Below, one piece after another: positions 1 to 12,352 of a stretch of DNA of 64,000 nucleotides. The notes below the pieces were generated by a model. It made no database searches. It saw only the letters and a list, made by a program, of their open reading frames with translations, and had not been told where the DNA came from. Position 1 is the first letter of the stretch; each line of letters opens with the position of its first letter. Where the stretch lies: positions 64,356,001 to 64,420,000 of the forward strand of contig OZ024740.1 of NCBI GenBank assembly GCA_964016885.1, written 5' to 3'. The position numbers and the translations under genes were made by a program. Source of the stretch: Eledone cirrhosa. Its lineage: Eukaryota.

Positions 1-812
1 GTGTTGTTATTTCTCTTAGGAACTGGAATCATATGAGTTAGAGCAAACGAATTTTGGCGTCATAGGACACCCATTGGTCAGTTGTGAGAACATTCCCCAG
101 TCAAAAGTCTATAGAAATTTTTCTGAGGCAAGGCAATCTGTTGTAGTAGTTTTTGGTTAGGTACAGCTGACCTCCTCCATTGTGTTGGTAGTGGTAGTGG
201 TGTTAAGGGGTCAGCTGGTAGGTCAGTTTTAGTGTGCTGCTGCTATGTTCAGAAGAATTTGTGTGTAGGTTGGCATCTATCCTGCCACCATTTCACGTGG
301 TGGGAGGTGCCAAACAAATAAAAATAAAAAATGTGTGTGTGTTACAACCAATATCAAAATTTGAAAGATTTGAAAAATATTAACTGAAGTAGAAAACCTG
401 TGTCAGAATCGAGAAGTGTAAAGAATTACAATTCTTACACTATCACCAAGTAGTGCGTTGTAACACACACGCATTTTTTTAATTTTTATTTGTTTGGCAC
501 CCCCCACCACGTGAAATGGTGGCAGGATATATACCAACCTACACACAAATTTTTCTGAACATAGCAGCAGCACACTAAAACTTACCTGCCTGCTGACCCC
601 TTAACACCACTACCACTACCAACACAATGGAGGAGGTCAGCTGTACCTAAACAAAAACAACTACAACAGATTGTCTTGCAGAAAAATTTATATTGACTTT
701 TGACTGACGAATGTTCTCACAACTGACCAATGGGATGCGAGCGTGTCCTATGATGCCAAAATTCGTTTGCTCTAACTCATATGATTCCAGTTCCTAAGAG
801 AAATAACAATAC
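1..812. repeat. Long imperfect foldback (arms ~1-348 and ~457-812, ~108-bp spacer); may extend beyond the window edge
   Basis: gtgttgttatttctcttaggaactggaatcat at 1 is the reverse complement of atgattccagttcctaagagaaataacaat at 781-810; homology is continuous in to gtgtgttacaac / gttgtaacacac. Confidence 0.9.
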
Positions 813-1028
813 CAGGAGCTGGTCATATAGATGGATTGACGGAGTAAAACACACATCAACAACATGAGTACCTGCCTTTCCCACACCGATTTGAACTGCC
901 TAAGAGGTCACAGCCAATGATGGCTGTCACCGAAATATATATAGCAGTATATCTATAAGTAATAAACGAAGCCAAATTTTACATATTTGACTTAATTATT
1001 TTATATATATATATATATATATATAATT

Positions 1029-1073
1029 AGCTTTGATAAGCACCAAAAAGTGCGAAACAGAGCTCTGTCAGCT
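1029..1073 (+). ncRNA. Minimal type I hammerhead ribozyme with U3:A8 core, inside a ~125-bp element between two (TA)n tracts
   Basis: agct-TTGATAA-gcac caaaaa gtgc-GAAA-cagagctctg-TC-agct: stem I agct/agct, stem II gcac/gtgc, palindromic stem III, GUC cleavage triplet. Confidence 0.75.
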
Positions 1074-1143
1074 TTATCTCCCCTGTTTTCTGAAAATTAA
1101 AGTAAGTGAGACTGTCACTACTCTAAAACAATATTGCAAAATA

Positions 1144-1186
<43 letters not shown>

Positions 1187-1190
<4 letters not shown>

Positions 1191-1890
1191 AATATAGATT
1201 TAGCGAGAATCGCATTTCGGCGGGTAGAAAAGGCGAAACGAAACGCAAAAATCAGAAATGATGCTGGTTAAAAAACCAGAGCTAAACAATATGTTAAGAG
1301 GCCATACAAAACTGAATTAGTGGTCAAGAAAGCACCAACCACCTAAGCCAAAAAGAAAATCAAACTAAACAGCTCAAAACAAAATAAATGATAAAAAAAC
1401 ACAGACCCGTACCCGTTGGAATTGATGTTAAAATCCAAATGCAAGGTTTCTATGACACCTACATCAAAATACTGTCTGCTTAAAAATATAAGCTTTAGGT
1501 ATAATGATCGAACAAGGAATATCATGTTATCAACAGGTATTTTGGTCTGTACCAAATTTGTGAATGACACAGAGGCACGTAAAAGCACATGTGGAATTCA
1601 CAAGGCGAAAACCCCCAGATTTTTGCAATTAAATTCAGTATGTGTATACCATGCAAAAAATTGCATAAATAGCCCAAATCGAATGAGCTCTCAACCGGGT
1701 GGTTTTTAAAATAAACTTATACAATTAACTTGTCAATAAAAATTATTAACAAGTTAGTTGTAAGACACGGGAGATTAATACAAATATAGATTTAGCGAGA
1801 ATCGCATTTCGGCGGGTACAAAAGGCGAAACGAAACGCAAAAATAAGAAATGATGCTGGCAAACGCTCCATGGTTAAAAAACCAGAGCTA

Positions 1891-1896
<6 letters not shown>
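1187..1896 (-). mobile_element. Element bounded by ~105-bp direct repeats (1187-1292 and 1780-1896), pseudo-LTR-like, flanked by (TA)n
   Basis: tacaaatatagatttagcgagaatcgcatttcggcggg...ccagagctaaacaatat occurs twice; the internal minus-strand peptide VIETLHLDFNINSN weakly resembles a GIY-YIG C-terminus. Confidence 0.5.
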
Positions 1897-1951
<55 letters not shown>

Positions 1952-2374
1952 TGTATATATATATATATATATACATACACACACATATACATACACATAC
2001 ACACACACACACACAAACATATATATATATATACACATACATACACACATACATACACACACACATACATACGTACACATACATACATATATACGTATAC
2101 ATACATATACACACACATATATACATATATATATATGTATATATAAATATATATATATACATACATATACACATACACACACACATGTACAAAAGAATAA
2201 GCAAAATACTATAAATGTAAGTACACATGGGTCTGTCTGTTAATGCGCCCGCACATAGCCCTATGTGGGAACATAAAATCCTAGTGGGTAAGTGAGGACA
2301 AGAGGGGAGTAAAAATGAAATAATAAACACAATTATTAAGAATAGGTAAGGGACAAATGTTGTAAAAGGTATGC

Positions 2375-2535
2375 TATGAGATCTAGATAAGAGTATCTGG
2401 TTAAAGAGTGAACTGAGTAAAGGATAAATGTGGTTGGTGTGTACTTTCTTCCTTACCCTTTACACATACACACCCACCACCTTTATCCTTTACTCAATTC
2501 ACTTTTTAACCAGATACTCTTATCTAGATCTCATA
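2375..2535. repeat. Foldback with ~65-bp arms
   Basis: tatgagatctagataagagtatctggttaaagagtgaa versus ttcactttttaaccagatactcttatctagatctcata. Confidence 0.85.
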
Positions 2536-2649
2536 AATTTTTTAGGGATATTATCTTTAATTTGTAGGTTAAATGGAGCATTATACCAAGTAACTCGTCT
2601 ATTACGGTTTCGATGTTGTTTTTTTTATATTTATACGATGTATCAGGAT

Positions 2650-3200
2650 GTTTACTAAGAGAGTTAGTATTAGTGAATTTATTATATATAGGTTTAGTTA
2701 GATTAACTGATTTAGGTGTTTATTCTGATTATTAGGAATTTTATTATTAATGTTATTAACGTATATTGGAGTATTAGGATGAATGGTTTTTTGAAAGTTA
2801 TTATATTGTATGTGAGAAGAGGTAGAGAAATTAAGTTTTAAGTTGGTATTTTTGGGTATAGTGTGAGTGGCATTTAGGTTTGTGTTTTTCATTTGGTGTT
2901 TGTTGGTAATATTGGGTTGCATGTTTGAAGTATTATTGGTACAAGGTATATAGCCTAATTTGTTTTTGTGGCCGCTTCTAGCTAAAGCTTCGTTATAAAA
3001 GGTCGCATTTTTATCGAATATATCCTGGTTAGATGAAAGGTTAACATTTCTGAGTGAGATATTATATGCTAGGTTTTTAAGGATAGATCTAGGGTGATTG
3101 GATTGTGAGTGTATGTAATGTAAGTTTTGGTTAGGTTTATGGTAAGGTTGTTAGATACCCGTAGATAAGTCTAAAGTTATATCAAGGAAATTACCTACTT
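2650..3200 (-). pseudogene. Penelope-like element (Neptune-type) RT thumb fragment
   Basis: Minus-strand translation NFLDITLDLSTGI*QPYHKPNQNLHYIHSQSNHPRSILKNL...FYNEALARSGH. Confidence 0.75.
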
Positions 3201-3676
3201 TTAACAACATTCTTTAATAACATCTAACTCTTATTTATCACATCTATATGAATTAATATAAATTTATCCCTATAAGTATACCTATCAATTAAATTAATTT
3301 AATTTATTGTTATAGATCTGAATTCCTTGTGTTTTAAATAAGATTGGTATTTCTCACTAACACACTTACCCTAAAATTTTATTCTCCTTCGATTTTAACA
3401 TTAGCATTATTCTTTAATAACATCAAATTTTCGTGTACCTTTCACCGGCTTTACCTCTTTTCATCCCCAAAGTAATCTTTTCATTCAAAGTATTTTTTCC
3501 ATTCAAAACTTAAGCCTGCATTCTTCTACCCCTAAATTAAATGTCTACTACTATTCTATCAACTTGACCACTTACTACTTTTCTATTGGTCAATTCAAAA
3601 CCTGTTCCCAAACAGACCTACCTATTATATTAAATCTTTGTTGTTTATTTTCAATAAACAAATATCATTATTTCTT

Positions 3677-3853
3677 TGGCAGTATCGGTAGAGGGTCGGA
3701 CGCCATGCTTTCCAGCATAGTTACGTCCCTTTACGATCTGAGTTCAAATCCCGCCGAGGTTGACTTTGCCTTTCATCCTTACGGGGTCGATAAAATAAAG
3801 TACTAGTAATGCACTGGATAATTGCTGGCCTTGTGCCTAAAGTAGAAACAATT
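3677..3853 (+). mobile_element. tRNA-derived SINE with Deu/Nin-like domain (octopus OK-type)
   Basis: A box tggcagtatcgg, B box gagttcaaatcc, core gcctttcatccttacggggtcgataaa; many copies in the window. Confidence 0.85.
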
Positions 3854-4319
3854 ATTTCTGAAGACACATATATATGTGTAGGTATGTATATTTCCTCTGA
3901 TAGTTTGTAAAATATTTACATAGATCTATATGATATACATACCAACACACACATATATATCCTAGAAACGATCGTAAAATGATGAATTTTTTAATATAAG
4001 GAACTGTTTCTTTGTTTTTATTCATTGTTTTTATTAATTTATCTTGCCTCTGTTTTCCTGTGATTTTCATCGAAAACATTTTTGAATACATCTTCTCTTT
4101 TCATGATATTTGGATTACATTGAGTTCTTCATACGGATTGGACAATGCCGTATATTTTGGTAGATTTATGTACACACATATATATATAGGTTTTTTTTTT
4201 TTTTACAGAATGAAAAATAACCGAGGTGTCCTACACGAGTGAAAGTATAAAGAAAAAAGATGAAATTGAAAATGCAACTGGAGTCTTATTTAAAAAAATA
4301 TATATATATTTATTTGGTT

Positions 4320-4356
4320 CCTTTACCGGTTTCGCAGTTCTCTTGCTTTTCAAAAG
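4320..4356 (-). ncRNA. Hammerhead ribozyme, U3:A8 core (minus-strand copy in the palindrome)
   Basis: Reverse complement: ctt-TTGAAAA-gca agagaac tgc-GAAA-ccgg-TA-aagg. Confidence 0.65.
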
Positions 4357-4428
4357 TAGAGTTGAGATAGAGGGTCTGTGGTTTTTCTCACATCTGAGAA
4401 AAACGACAGACCCTCCATCTCAACTCTA

Positions 4429-4465
4429 CTTTTGAAAAGCAGAAGAACTGCGAAACCGGTAAAGG
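4429..4465 (+). ncRNA. Hammerhead ribozyme, U3:A8 core (plus-strand copy in the palindrome)
   Basis: ctt-TTGAAAA-gcag aagaa ctgc-GAAA-ccgg-TA-aagg; palindromic stem III accggt; GUA triplet. Confidence 0.7.
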
Positions 4466-4528
4466 AACCAAATAAATATATATATTTAAAAAAAAATAAG
4501 ACTCCAGTTGCATTTTCGATTTCATCTT

Positions 4529-4615
<87 letters not shown>

Positions 4616-4644
4616 GCGTGCATATGTATTTGTATATATGTGTG

Positions 4645-4701
<57 letters not shown>

Positions 4702-5641
4702 GTATGTGTTTGTATGTATTTTATTTATGTGTGTGAGTTTATTTATGTTTATATTATACTTATATATGGTTCTATGTATGTGTTTACGTTTATAGTTGTG
4801 TGTATGCGGTTGTATATAGGCCTTTGTTTTCGTCTGTATAGTCTTACGTATGGTCTTGTCTGCGTGTGTTCTTTACGTACGAGTTTGCGCACGCATGTGG
4901 TTACGTTTGTACGTAGGTCCTTTGCTCTTTTTGTAGGGTTTATGTGTGCGTTAATATTTTTGGTTGTATGCTTATTTTTATACGTGTGTATGTGTTTATG
5001 TATTTTTGCACGCTTGTGTATGTGTATGTATGTTTATTTTATAATTTATATTTTTGTGTGTATATATATATATATATATATGTGTGTGTATGTGAATGTA
5101 TATATATATGTATATTCACTTACAAGAGAGATTATTGACGAAATTGAAACTGGTTCCATACGATCTTTCATGTTATTCGATAATATAGAATTGTATCCGT
5201 CACGTACCCTGTGAAAAGAATCAAAGATAAATCATTTGGTATCTGAAGCAATGACAGTGGTGAATAGCTTTCCAATAATATGGCGGTATTCTATTTCTTG
5301 TTGAACATTTCCCATTGTTCATCCCTAGATTAAATACATTTTATTTTATCAAAGAAGCTAATTCGAAATACATTAGTATATTAGTTGCTCTCAACACATT
5401 CGAAATAATGCAAAATAATTTCTACTTATACAAATGTCAGTTAGTTCAAAGTTAGGACAGATGTTCTTGGAATTCTATAGGTATTATGGATAAATCCAGA
5501 CAGAATCAAAGCAAAGTGTAGCCAGAAACAGATTAAAAATAATAACCGCATTATTAAAATCAAAGTATTTGTAATATTATTTATATACCTATTAGTGAAT
5601 TTTATATTTTGCGTCCTGAATTTCTAGTATTAATTTTTAAT

Positions 5642-5951
5642 ATCCCGCCGAGGTTAACTTTGCCTTTCATCCTTACGGGGTCGATAAAATAAAGTACCAG
5701 TAATGTACTGGGTAATTGCTGGCCTTGTGCCAAAAGTAGAAACAATTAATTTTTAATTAATAATTGTTTCTACTATTGGAACAAGGCCAGCAATTACCCA
5801 GTACATTACTGGTACTTTATTTTATCGACCCCGTAAGGATGAAAGGCAAAGTTAACCTCGGCGGGATTTGAATTCAGAATGGCAAAGTCCGTAACTCTAT
5901 GCGTCAAATCATGGTGTCCGACCCTCTACCGATACTGCCAATTCACCGCCT
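5642..5951. mobile_element. Tail-to-tail SINE pair: 5'-truncated plus copy 5642-5748 and full minus copy 5761-5951
   Basis: Same SINE sequence as 3677; the two copies form a ~225-bp palindrome. Confidence 0.85.
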
Positions 5952-6485
5952 TACTTTAATTAATAATTAATTTTTAATTAATAATGATTTATATATCTCT
6001 TCTATTTGAGTTTTAGCGAATAACTTCTGTTATTCTTTAGTGATTAATTTTCACTTTCTTCTATGATGGGCTACTGAAAGTGGCATTAAAGTCACGAGTT
6101 TTGAAGTTGATTTTTGTCACGACCTTTAATATTTTAAAATAGAAATTGAAAAAATAAAATGAAATCTGCTTTCCACAAACGTTTATTGGGAGAAATCTAT
6201 CTATATTTAGATTTGTTCTTAATGAAGGCATATTCTGTTTAATAGGACATTGGATTTCTCGTGAAAATAAGTGATATCCATGTAATAAAATGAAATGGTG
6301 TTTATAACACTCCAGGTGTTAATGCATTGTGCTACAGCTACGTATTTCATTATGAGTATCATGATTCATAATGTATTTCTATAAATAACATGTAGATACT
6401 CTATAGATTTTAAATATAAATACAAGATTAAATTGACGCAGGAATCGTTTTATTTCATTTTAAACTATTATTAAACATTAAATTT

Positions 6486-6676
6486 AATTCTTAGAAAAAT
6501 GTAGAAAATCTCGAATGAAGAAACTAACTGTGAATACAGTCGATTGCTATCAGCAATAGCTTAGAAAATCGGGAAAAATACATCTAAAGACGGATGAAAG
6601 TGGCTATTATATATAGCAATCGACTGTGCTTCCAATTATTTTCTGCGTTCGAGATCTTTTACAGTTTCTAAGAATT
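6486..6676. repeat. Diverged MITE-like foldback
   Basis: aattcttagaaa...acagtcgattgctat versus atagcaatcgactgt...tttctaagaatt. Confidence 0.7.
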
Positions 6677-8892
6677 TCAATCCGATGGTTTATTTATGAA
6701 ATTTAATATTTTATTCTCTAAATTCTTTAATCTTTAAAATAACTTTGAATATGAATTTAAACCAGAGTGTCCAGAGGAAACGCACATATTTAAAGAACAA
6801 AAGTGAAGTGGGGATTTGGGAACGAAAATCAGAGAGATAATTTTTTTCCATTAAACAATTGAATAAAATGTCTATATTTTATGAGTTGTGTAAACAAGTA
6901 GTTTATTCCCCACACTACATACCACATAAAGCAAATGTTGAATAGTGATTTCTCTCAATGTCGGAAACACATGAATGGTAGCGGCGTGTGTATGATATTT
7001 AGATATCAACACAACAGTGACGTAACGTCACTGTTCGATTTGCTGGAAAGAGCAACCAGATCTCCTCACTGTAGTCATACAGAAATGGATTGTGCCTAAA
7101 GAACAACTTGTATTTTTCAGCTCCAACCAAATTTGAACCCGGAATACACTAAATGCATAACTAAATGCATTTATTCTAGCAATGTGTCATTTCTGCCAGC
7201 CCGCTACCTTTCTATTTTAACTCATTATTATTAATATAAAGCTGGTATGAAATAATATTAGATTCTGACATCGTTCTGAAGTCTTATTTTATAAAAGATA
7301 ATTATATACATACAAGATATATCTCTTGTAATATGAATGGAAAAATGTAGCTACATAAAATATATGCAAGCAACATAATAATAAAATCGCCTTTTTTCAT
7401 GTCGCCTGTTAAATGTGCTGAGATAATATTATTGTCATACATTCATAAACTCCCCAGTGACTTCCAAGATTTCTTTTTTTTCACTTCTCATTTTGAATAC
7501 TTTGCATACGAAATTTTGTAAAGAAATTCTGGTGTTGTTATAAAAACAGATTAAAGGAAGAGTTACCCGTGAGAAATGCTTCAGGAACTAAAAAATTCAA
7601 TGCCATGACAGACAATGGACGAATGTAGTACATAATATAATCGACATTTCTATTGCCTAGAATGGGAGGCTATATACAATCAATAGTAGAAGGCAGCAAC
7701 CTGCTGCTGCCGCCGCCGCCACTACTACTACTACTATCGAGAGATAGAGGCGATGACAGTGGGAGTTCGGCTCTTCTGTGTTCGGACACATTGCCCCTGT
7801 CATGTGGATCATATATTATAACCCATTATCATATTTGCCATTGCGCTTTTATCGTTTATCAAAAGGGGTAAGGAATGTTGCAACTTGTAACGGGAAATAT
7901 TCATGGTTTGCTAAAATGTCTCTTGCCGTCACATTACCATATGAAACAATTTTATTTTTTAAAACTTGCAACTATAATTCCGGTGGACTTTTAATATGTT
8001 CTTACTGTCACAAAATCACATAAAGCTATTTTCCGTTTCATTATTTGTCCTCAAGGTTTCTGTGGCCTGCTAAATAGCTTCTTATCGTCACATTGTCATA
8101 GGAACTCACTTTCTGCCTTTTAAATTGCAACCACCAAGTTACCCGGCAACGGCTTAATAAGTCACATCATTTTATAGAACTGTTCTCTGCTGCATTATTT
8201 ACAACCGAGATTACTACTACTAATTGCGGTTACTGCTGATGTTCCTGTTGCTACTGCTGTTATTGATGGTAGAGAGTTATATATTCTTGAAATGTGACAA
8301 ATTGTCATCATCGTGAGTTAAAACACTTCACGTTTTTCATTCCAGCTTTCTACACTCTTAGTTAAAATTCTGCCAAGCTTCCCTTCTCTAGCATTTATCA
8401 CCTATGCATTATATACGAAATCACCATTTCTGAATATTATCAAATTAGTCGACCACCGGTTATCTATAATTTATTTATGTATTGTGATATGAAATTACTT
8501 ATTATATAATAATTAATGGCAATATATTTTAATATTTCACAATTGATTTTAATTACGAAGCTACTATTTGAGAGCATATGAGGATAAAATAAGTTTTGCG
8601 CTGAAAATAATGAAGAGTCGATGTTTTTACAAGTTCTTAAATTGTAAAATTTAGTTTAAGCAAGTTAACAGGAATCATTATAACCGTGTAATTGGAAACT
8701 TTATTACTTAAAAATTAGTTCCTTTTTAAAAGATCTATTAAACGCATATTCTCGTAAAAAGGAAAGGGTAGCAGCATCATCTTTCTCATACTTTAACATA
8801 CAAGGAGTTATGCCTACTGGGTAGTCTGAAGCAATTTTCAGCATATTTGAGCATTAGGAACGATTGTGCGACCTAAGAAATAATATGCTTTC

Positions 8893-9188
8893 TTTTTCTT
8901 CTTCTTCTTCTTCTTCTAGCGGGCGATTGGGGGACGCTTTCTTCTCAAACAACACGCTGCTGTGGGTGCTGCTGGATGAAGAACTCCGATGATGATGTTC
9001 TTCCACACTTTTCTATCCATGGCGCTGACCTTATCACGATCGAGGCCGAGGCGCTGCGATTTTAGGTGCTCTTTGAATTGTTTCGCCTATGTCATCTTCA
9101 GTGCGCTGCGCTGGATGCTCCAGTGCATGGGTCGCTGTCGTGACAAAAGTACGTGTGGTAATCTTCCAGTGCATTTTCCGAATGTTCC
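8893..9188 (-). mobile_element. RTE-like LINE 3' end with (GAA)n tail
   Basis: Minus-strand translation GRLPHVLL...FKEHLKSQRLGLDRDKVSAMDRKVWK followed by a (gaa)n tail. Confidence 0.55.
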
Positions 9189-9511
9189 TGTCACAGATTG
9201 TTTACTTGCTACAAAATAATAACAACCGCTTATCAAAACCGATTAATCGATAAAAACGTTGATGCCGGTTGATCTGGAAAATCGTAGATATGACCGATAA
9301 CGATCATCTGTTGATTAATAGATATCACCTTGATCACCTTGACCGACCAGTCTATCGGGCGCCATTTGGCGCCGCTGTTCACAGCACGTGCTGTTTTAAC
9401 CATACGATGACGCCATCCCACTGGCTGGGCGGGCAGGCCGTGATTAATAAACGTTGTGAATATCGGACTTAAGGCAATTTGCTTTACCTGTTATTGCTAT
9501 GCACAACAACA
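9189..9511 (+). mobile_element. Solo-LTR-like insertion within the RTE fragment
   Basis: TGT...ACA ends, aataaa near 9446, CpG-rich; the RTE frame (KWQG...GRLP) resumes across it; no clean TSD. Confidence 0.35.
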
Positions 9512-9794
9512 CTGCCATTTCCATCATTAAATCGGCAGAACCAGGAGTTAAAATAAATCTACCATGTTCAATCAATAGTCCAAAAGTAGGAATCAGATGA
9601 AGACGATTAAAGAGAATACGAATCGAAATGTAATGTCCGAATCTATTTTAAAGAGCAATGGAGATGGTGAAAACTGCATGAAAATAAAAGATCAATGAAA
9701 TAAATATTAGTAAAAATGCTTATTTTAAAGAGCTCTGTCATTTTTGTAATGTGTAGAGAGTAATGTTTTAATATGATGCATATATAACTTGTGA

Positions 9795-9970
9795 TAGAGC
9801 CTGTAGCAGTGGAGACTTCAGGCTTTCTTGGCCCCCGGGCAATATCTCTACTCACTGCTGTCGGAGTGGAGTTGGCCGCCAGCAGGTGCAAGTACCGCGT
9901 CGCGGCATGGCTGATCCACCGCGTCTTCCTCACCACCAACCTGTTGGCCGGGACCCAGAGTCAGAGGATA
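9795..9970 (+). pseudogene. CRE-like non-LTR restriction-like endonuclease C-terminal fragment
   Basis: EPVAVETSGFLGPRAISLLTAVGVELAASRCKYR, homologous to 45925-46362. Confidence 0.65.
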
Positions 9971-11799
9971 AGTTAGTTGGTAGTAGAGGATACTCGTTCG
10001 GACGTTACTTTCACACATATATTGAATATATGCTATTTATACCACTGTTATCAGTTTCATTTCGATAATTTTAGAAAAAACAAACAAACAAGATTATAGT
10101 TTCGTTTCGATAATTTTAGAAAAAATAACAAACAATATGATAGTTTTACATTGAGAAGCGTATGGTAGATTGTTTATTAAATGTAAAAAAGGAGAAAAGA
10201 AGAGAGAACTGCTTTATAATTTGGTGGAATATATGAAAACATATCCCATACTTGCTAGGGAAATACTTAACGTAATTAATGAAGTCACAATTGAAAATGT
10301 ATAGTGTGTAAATATTAGTAAGGTTATTTTAACTAATCGAGAAAACCTAGTAGAAATAAGCATTTCAGTTTACATGTATTTCTTTCTGCGGCATCAATTC
10401 GACGAACGACCTTTAGTGACTTGCTTCATAAGCATTTTGTTCTTGTTAATGAATTTTTGTGACAGAGTAGAACTGCGGTTTCCAGTAGCCTCACTTAGGT
10501 ATTTCTCCAAGAATCCGTCTTGTTGGCTAGACACAAACAAGTTTGTAGCACGTACCTAGACACTCAGAAAGTAAAAAGTCGTAAGTAATACCACAAAGCG
10601 TTTTTTAAACGATAGCAAGTTCGCCAATCCACCAGTTTAGGACAGTACATTATTTATTAACTACCTAAGGATAAAAACAAACGTGTTGTCGGCGAGCTTT
10701 GAACTCAGAACGTAAAGAGCTGAAACAAATATTACAGAAATTTCTTTGAAATGCTCTAAATGTTTTTGTTATAGTTGTTGAGCAGCATATATATAGATAA
10801 CGGTTGAAATATATTGCGACATTTTCAGTTTATGAGTTCGGGTTTCATTTCATTATATGATCTAGAATAACAATTTTATGGTTCAGAGAAAGAGGTTAAT
10901 GCATATATCCGTTGTAACGCGCATGGGAGGTGTAAAACGAAACAGTTTAATGTTCCTGTTCTTGGCTGCCAAAAAAAAAAAAAAAAAAAAGAAATACATG
11001 TTGTTAGCGCATATTCTACAAGCGTATAAAAGGCAACCAAATGATAAAGTAAAAAATGACACGATATTTAATGTTAAAAGAGAAATGAACATCTCATAAA
11101 TAAAACAACGATTATGTGTGTAAAGGACATTTCGAAAACGTTCTAAGAAGCAAGAATCAAATAGATATACAGTACAGGCAAGTGACAGATGGTTGGTAGA
11201 AACAATACTAGAATTATTCTAAAATTGAATTTAGTTCTCTTACACAATTTAGAACATAAAAAAGAAATCAAAAAGAAAAAGGAACAAAGACAGAAGAAAT
11301 TGTGAGGGAGAGACGGGAATGAGGGAATCTATATCCTATGATAGTCATCATAACCCAGCTGCGTCACGAGGAAAAAAATGGTGAAATTGTTCCCGCGGAG
11401 AGCAGACAGCAATAGCAATGCCAGATCTCCTATCTCTTTTCACATGCGTGATGTCCTCGTTACGATGAGGCAGAGGAAAACTGCATTTTTAGGTACCAGT
11501 CTCAGTAGAAATCGGTAAAGAGTCTTTTATCATACACACACACACACACACACACACACGTATATATACATATATATATATTTATATGAGTGTGTGTACC
11601 TTATGCCGATTTATATCGATAAACATCGGCGAAAACATCTGTGCTTCACAAACGATGATAGTTTGGTTTTGTATCGTGTCATTCATTTCCTTATGATTCT
11701 CGCTGTCAGAAATGCAGTGAACCAATGACTGGCCTGGTAGAAACCTGAAACCAATGAGGCTGTTCTTCAGAAAATGCACTAATGGTTTCAGATTTAGTC

Positions 11800-12070
11800 A
11801 AAAAGCCAACATTTTTTGGGGGAGGGGAAAGTCGATTAAATTGACCCCAGCACGTTAGTGATACTTTATTTATCGACCTCATAAGGATGAAAAGCAAAGC
11901 TTATCTCTGCGTGATTTGAACTCAGAATGTAAAGAGTCGCCACAAAATCCGCTTCACTAACCATTCTGACAATCCACATAGGGTGGGGATTTGAACTCAA
12001 TGCAAAGTGCCGTAAGTAAATACGACAAAACATTTTGTCCGACGCTTTAACGCTTTTGCCATACCCCCAC
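11800..12070 (-). mobile_element. Diverged tRNA-derived SINE copies
   Basis: tttatcgacctcataaggatgaaaagcaaag, and gatttgaactca twice. Confidence 0.6.
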
Positions 12071-12164
12071 CCTAGTGACAATCATCATAAAATCGTAGTT
12101 AGTTAAGTCTACAAGTTAAAGACAAATATGAACATTTTACATCGCCATTATCAAAATATGAACC

Positions 12165-12352
12165 GGGTGTGAATTGGCAGTATCCGTAGAGAGTCGGACG
12201 CCATGCTTTCCAGCATAGTTACGTCCCTTTACGGTCTGAGTTCAAATCCCGCCGAGGTTAACTTTGCCTTTCATCCTTACGAGGTCGATAAAATAAAGTA
12301 CCAGTAATGTACTGGGTAATTGATGGCCTTGTGCCAAAAGTAGAAACAATTA
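12165..12352 (+). mobile_element. tRNA-derived SINE
   Basis: Full match to the 3677 copy including A and B boxes. Confidence 0.85.

Larger units (their letters stand above)
4250..4533. mobile_element. ~285-bp near-perfect palindrome (inverted pseudo-LTR dimer) with a hammerhead on each strand
   Basis: Arms meet at tttttctca-catc-tgagaaaaa (loop 4391-4394); a third single-arm copy lies at 43018-43122. Confidence 0.85.

Noticed and set aside
910-947. Hammerhead-like ccaatga-t-gg ctgtca cc-GAAA-tata
   Set aside because: Core U4 and G5 are lost; at most a decayed remnant. The motifs at ~25824-25857, 52663 and 58804 are similarly defective.
1746-2330. Long YI/CV/HT-rich ORFs here and at 4378, 16729, 18389, 21517, 28749, 40930, 48019, 51126 and 54525
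   Set aside because: These are translations of (TA)n, (CA)n and (TATG)n microsatellites, which lack stop codons in some frames; they are not genes.
2598-2648. Minus-strand ctgata...catc-GAAA-ccgta as a hammerhead
   Set aside because: No G8/A9 and no convincing stem II.
3677-3760. tRNA genes suggested by A and B boxes
   Set aside because: These are SINE heads continuous with a shared SINE body and present in many copies.
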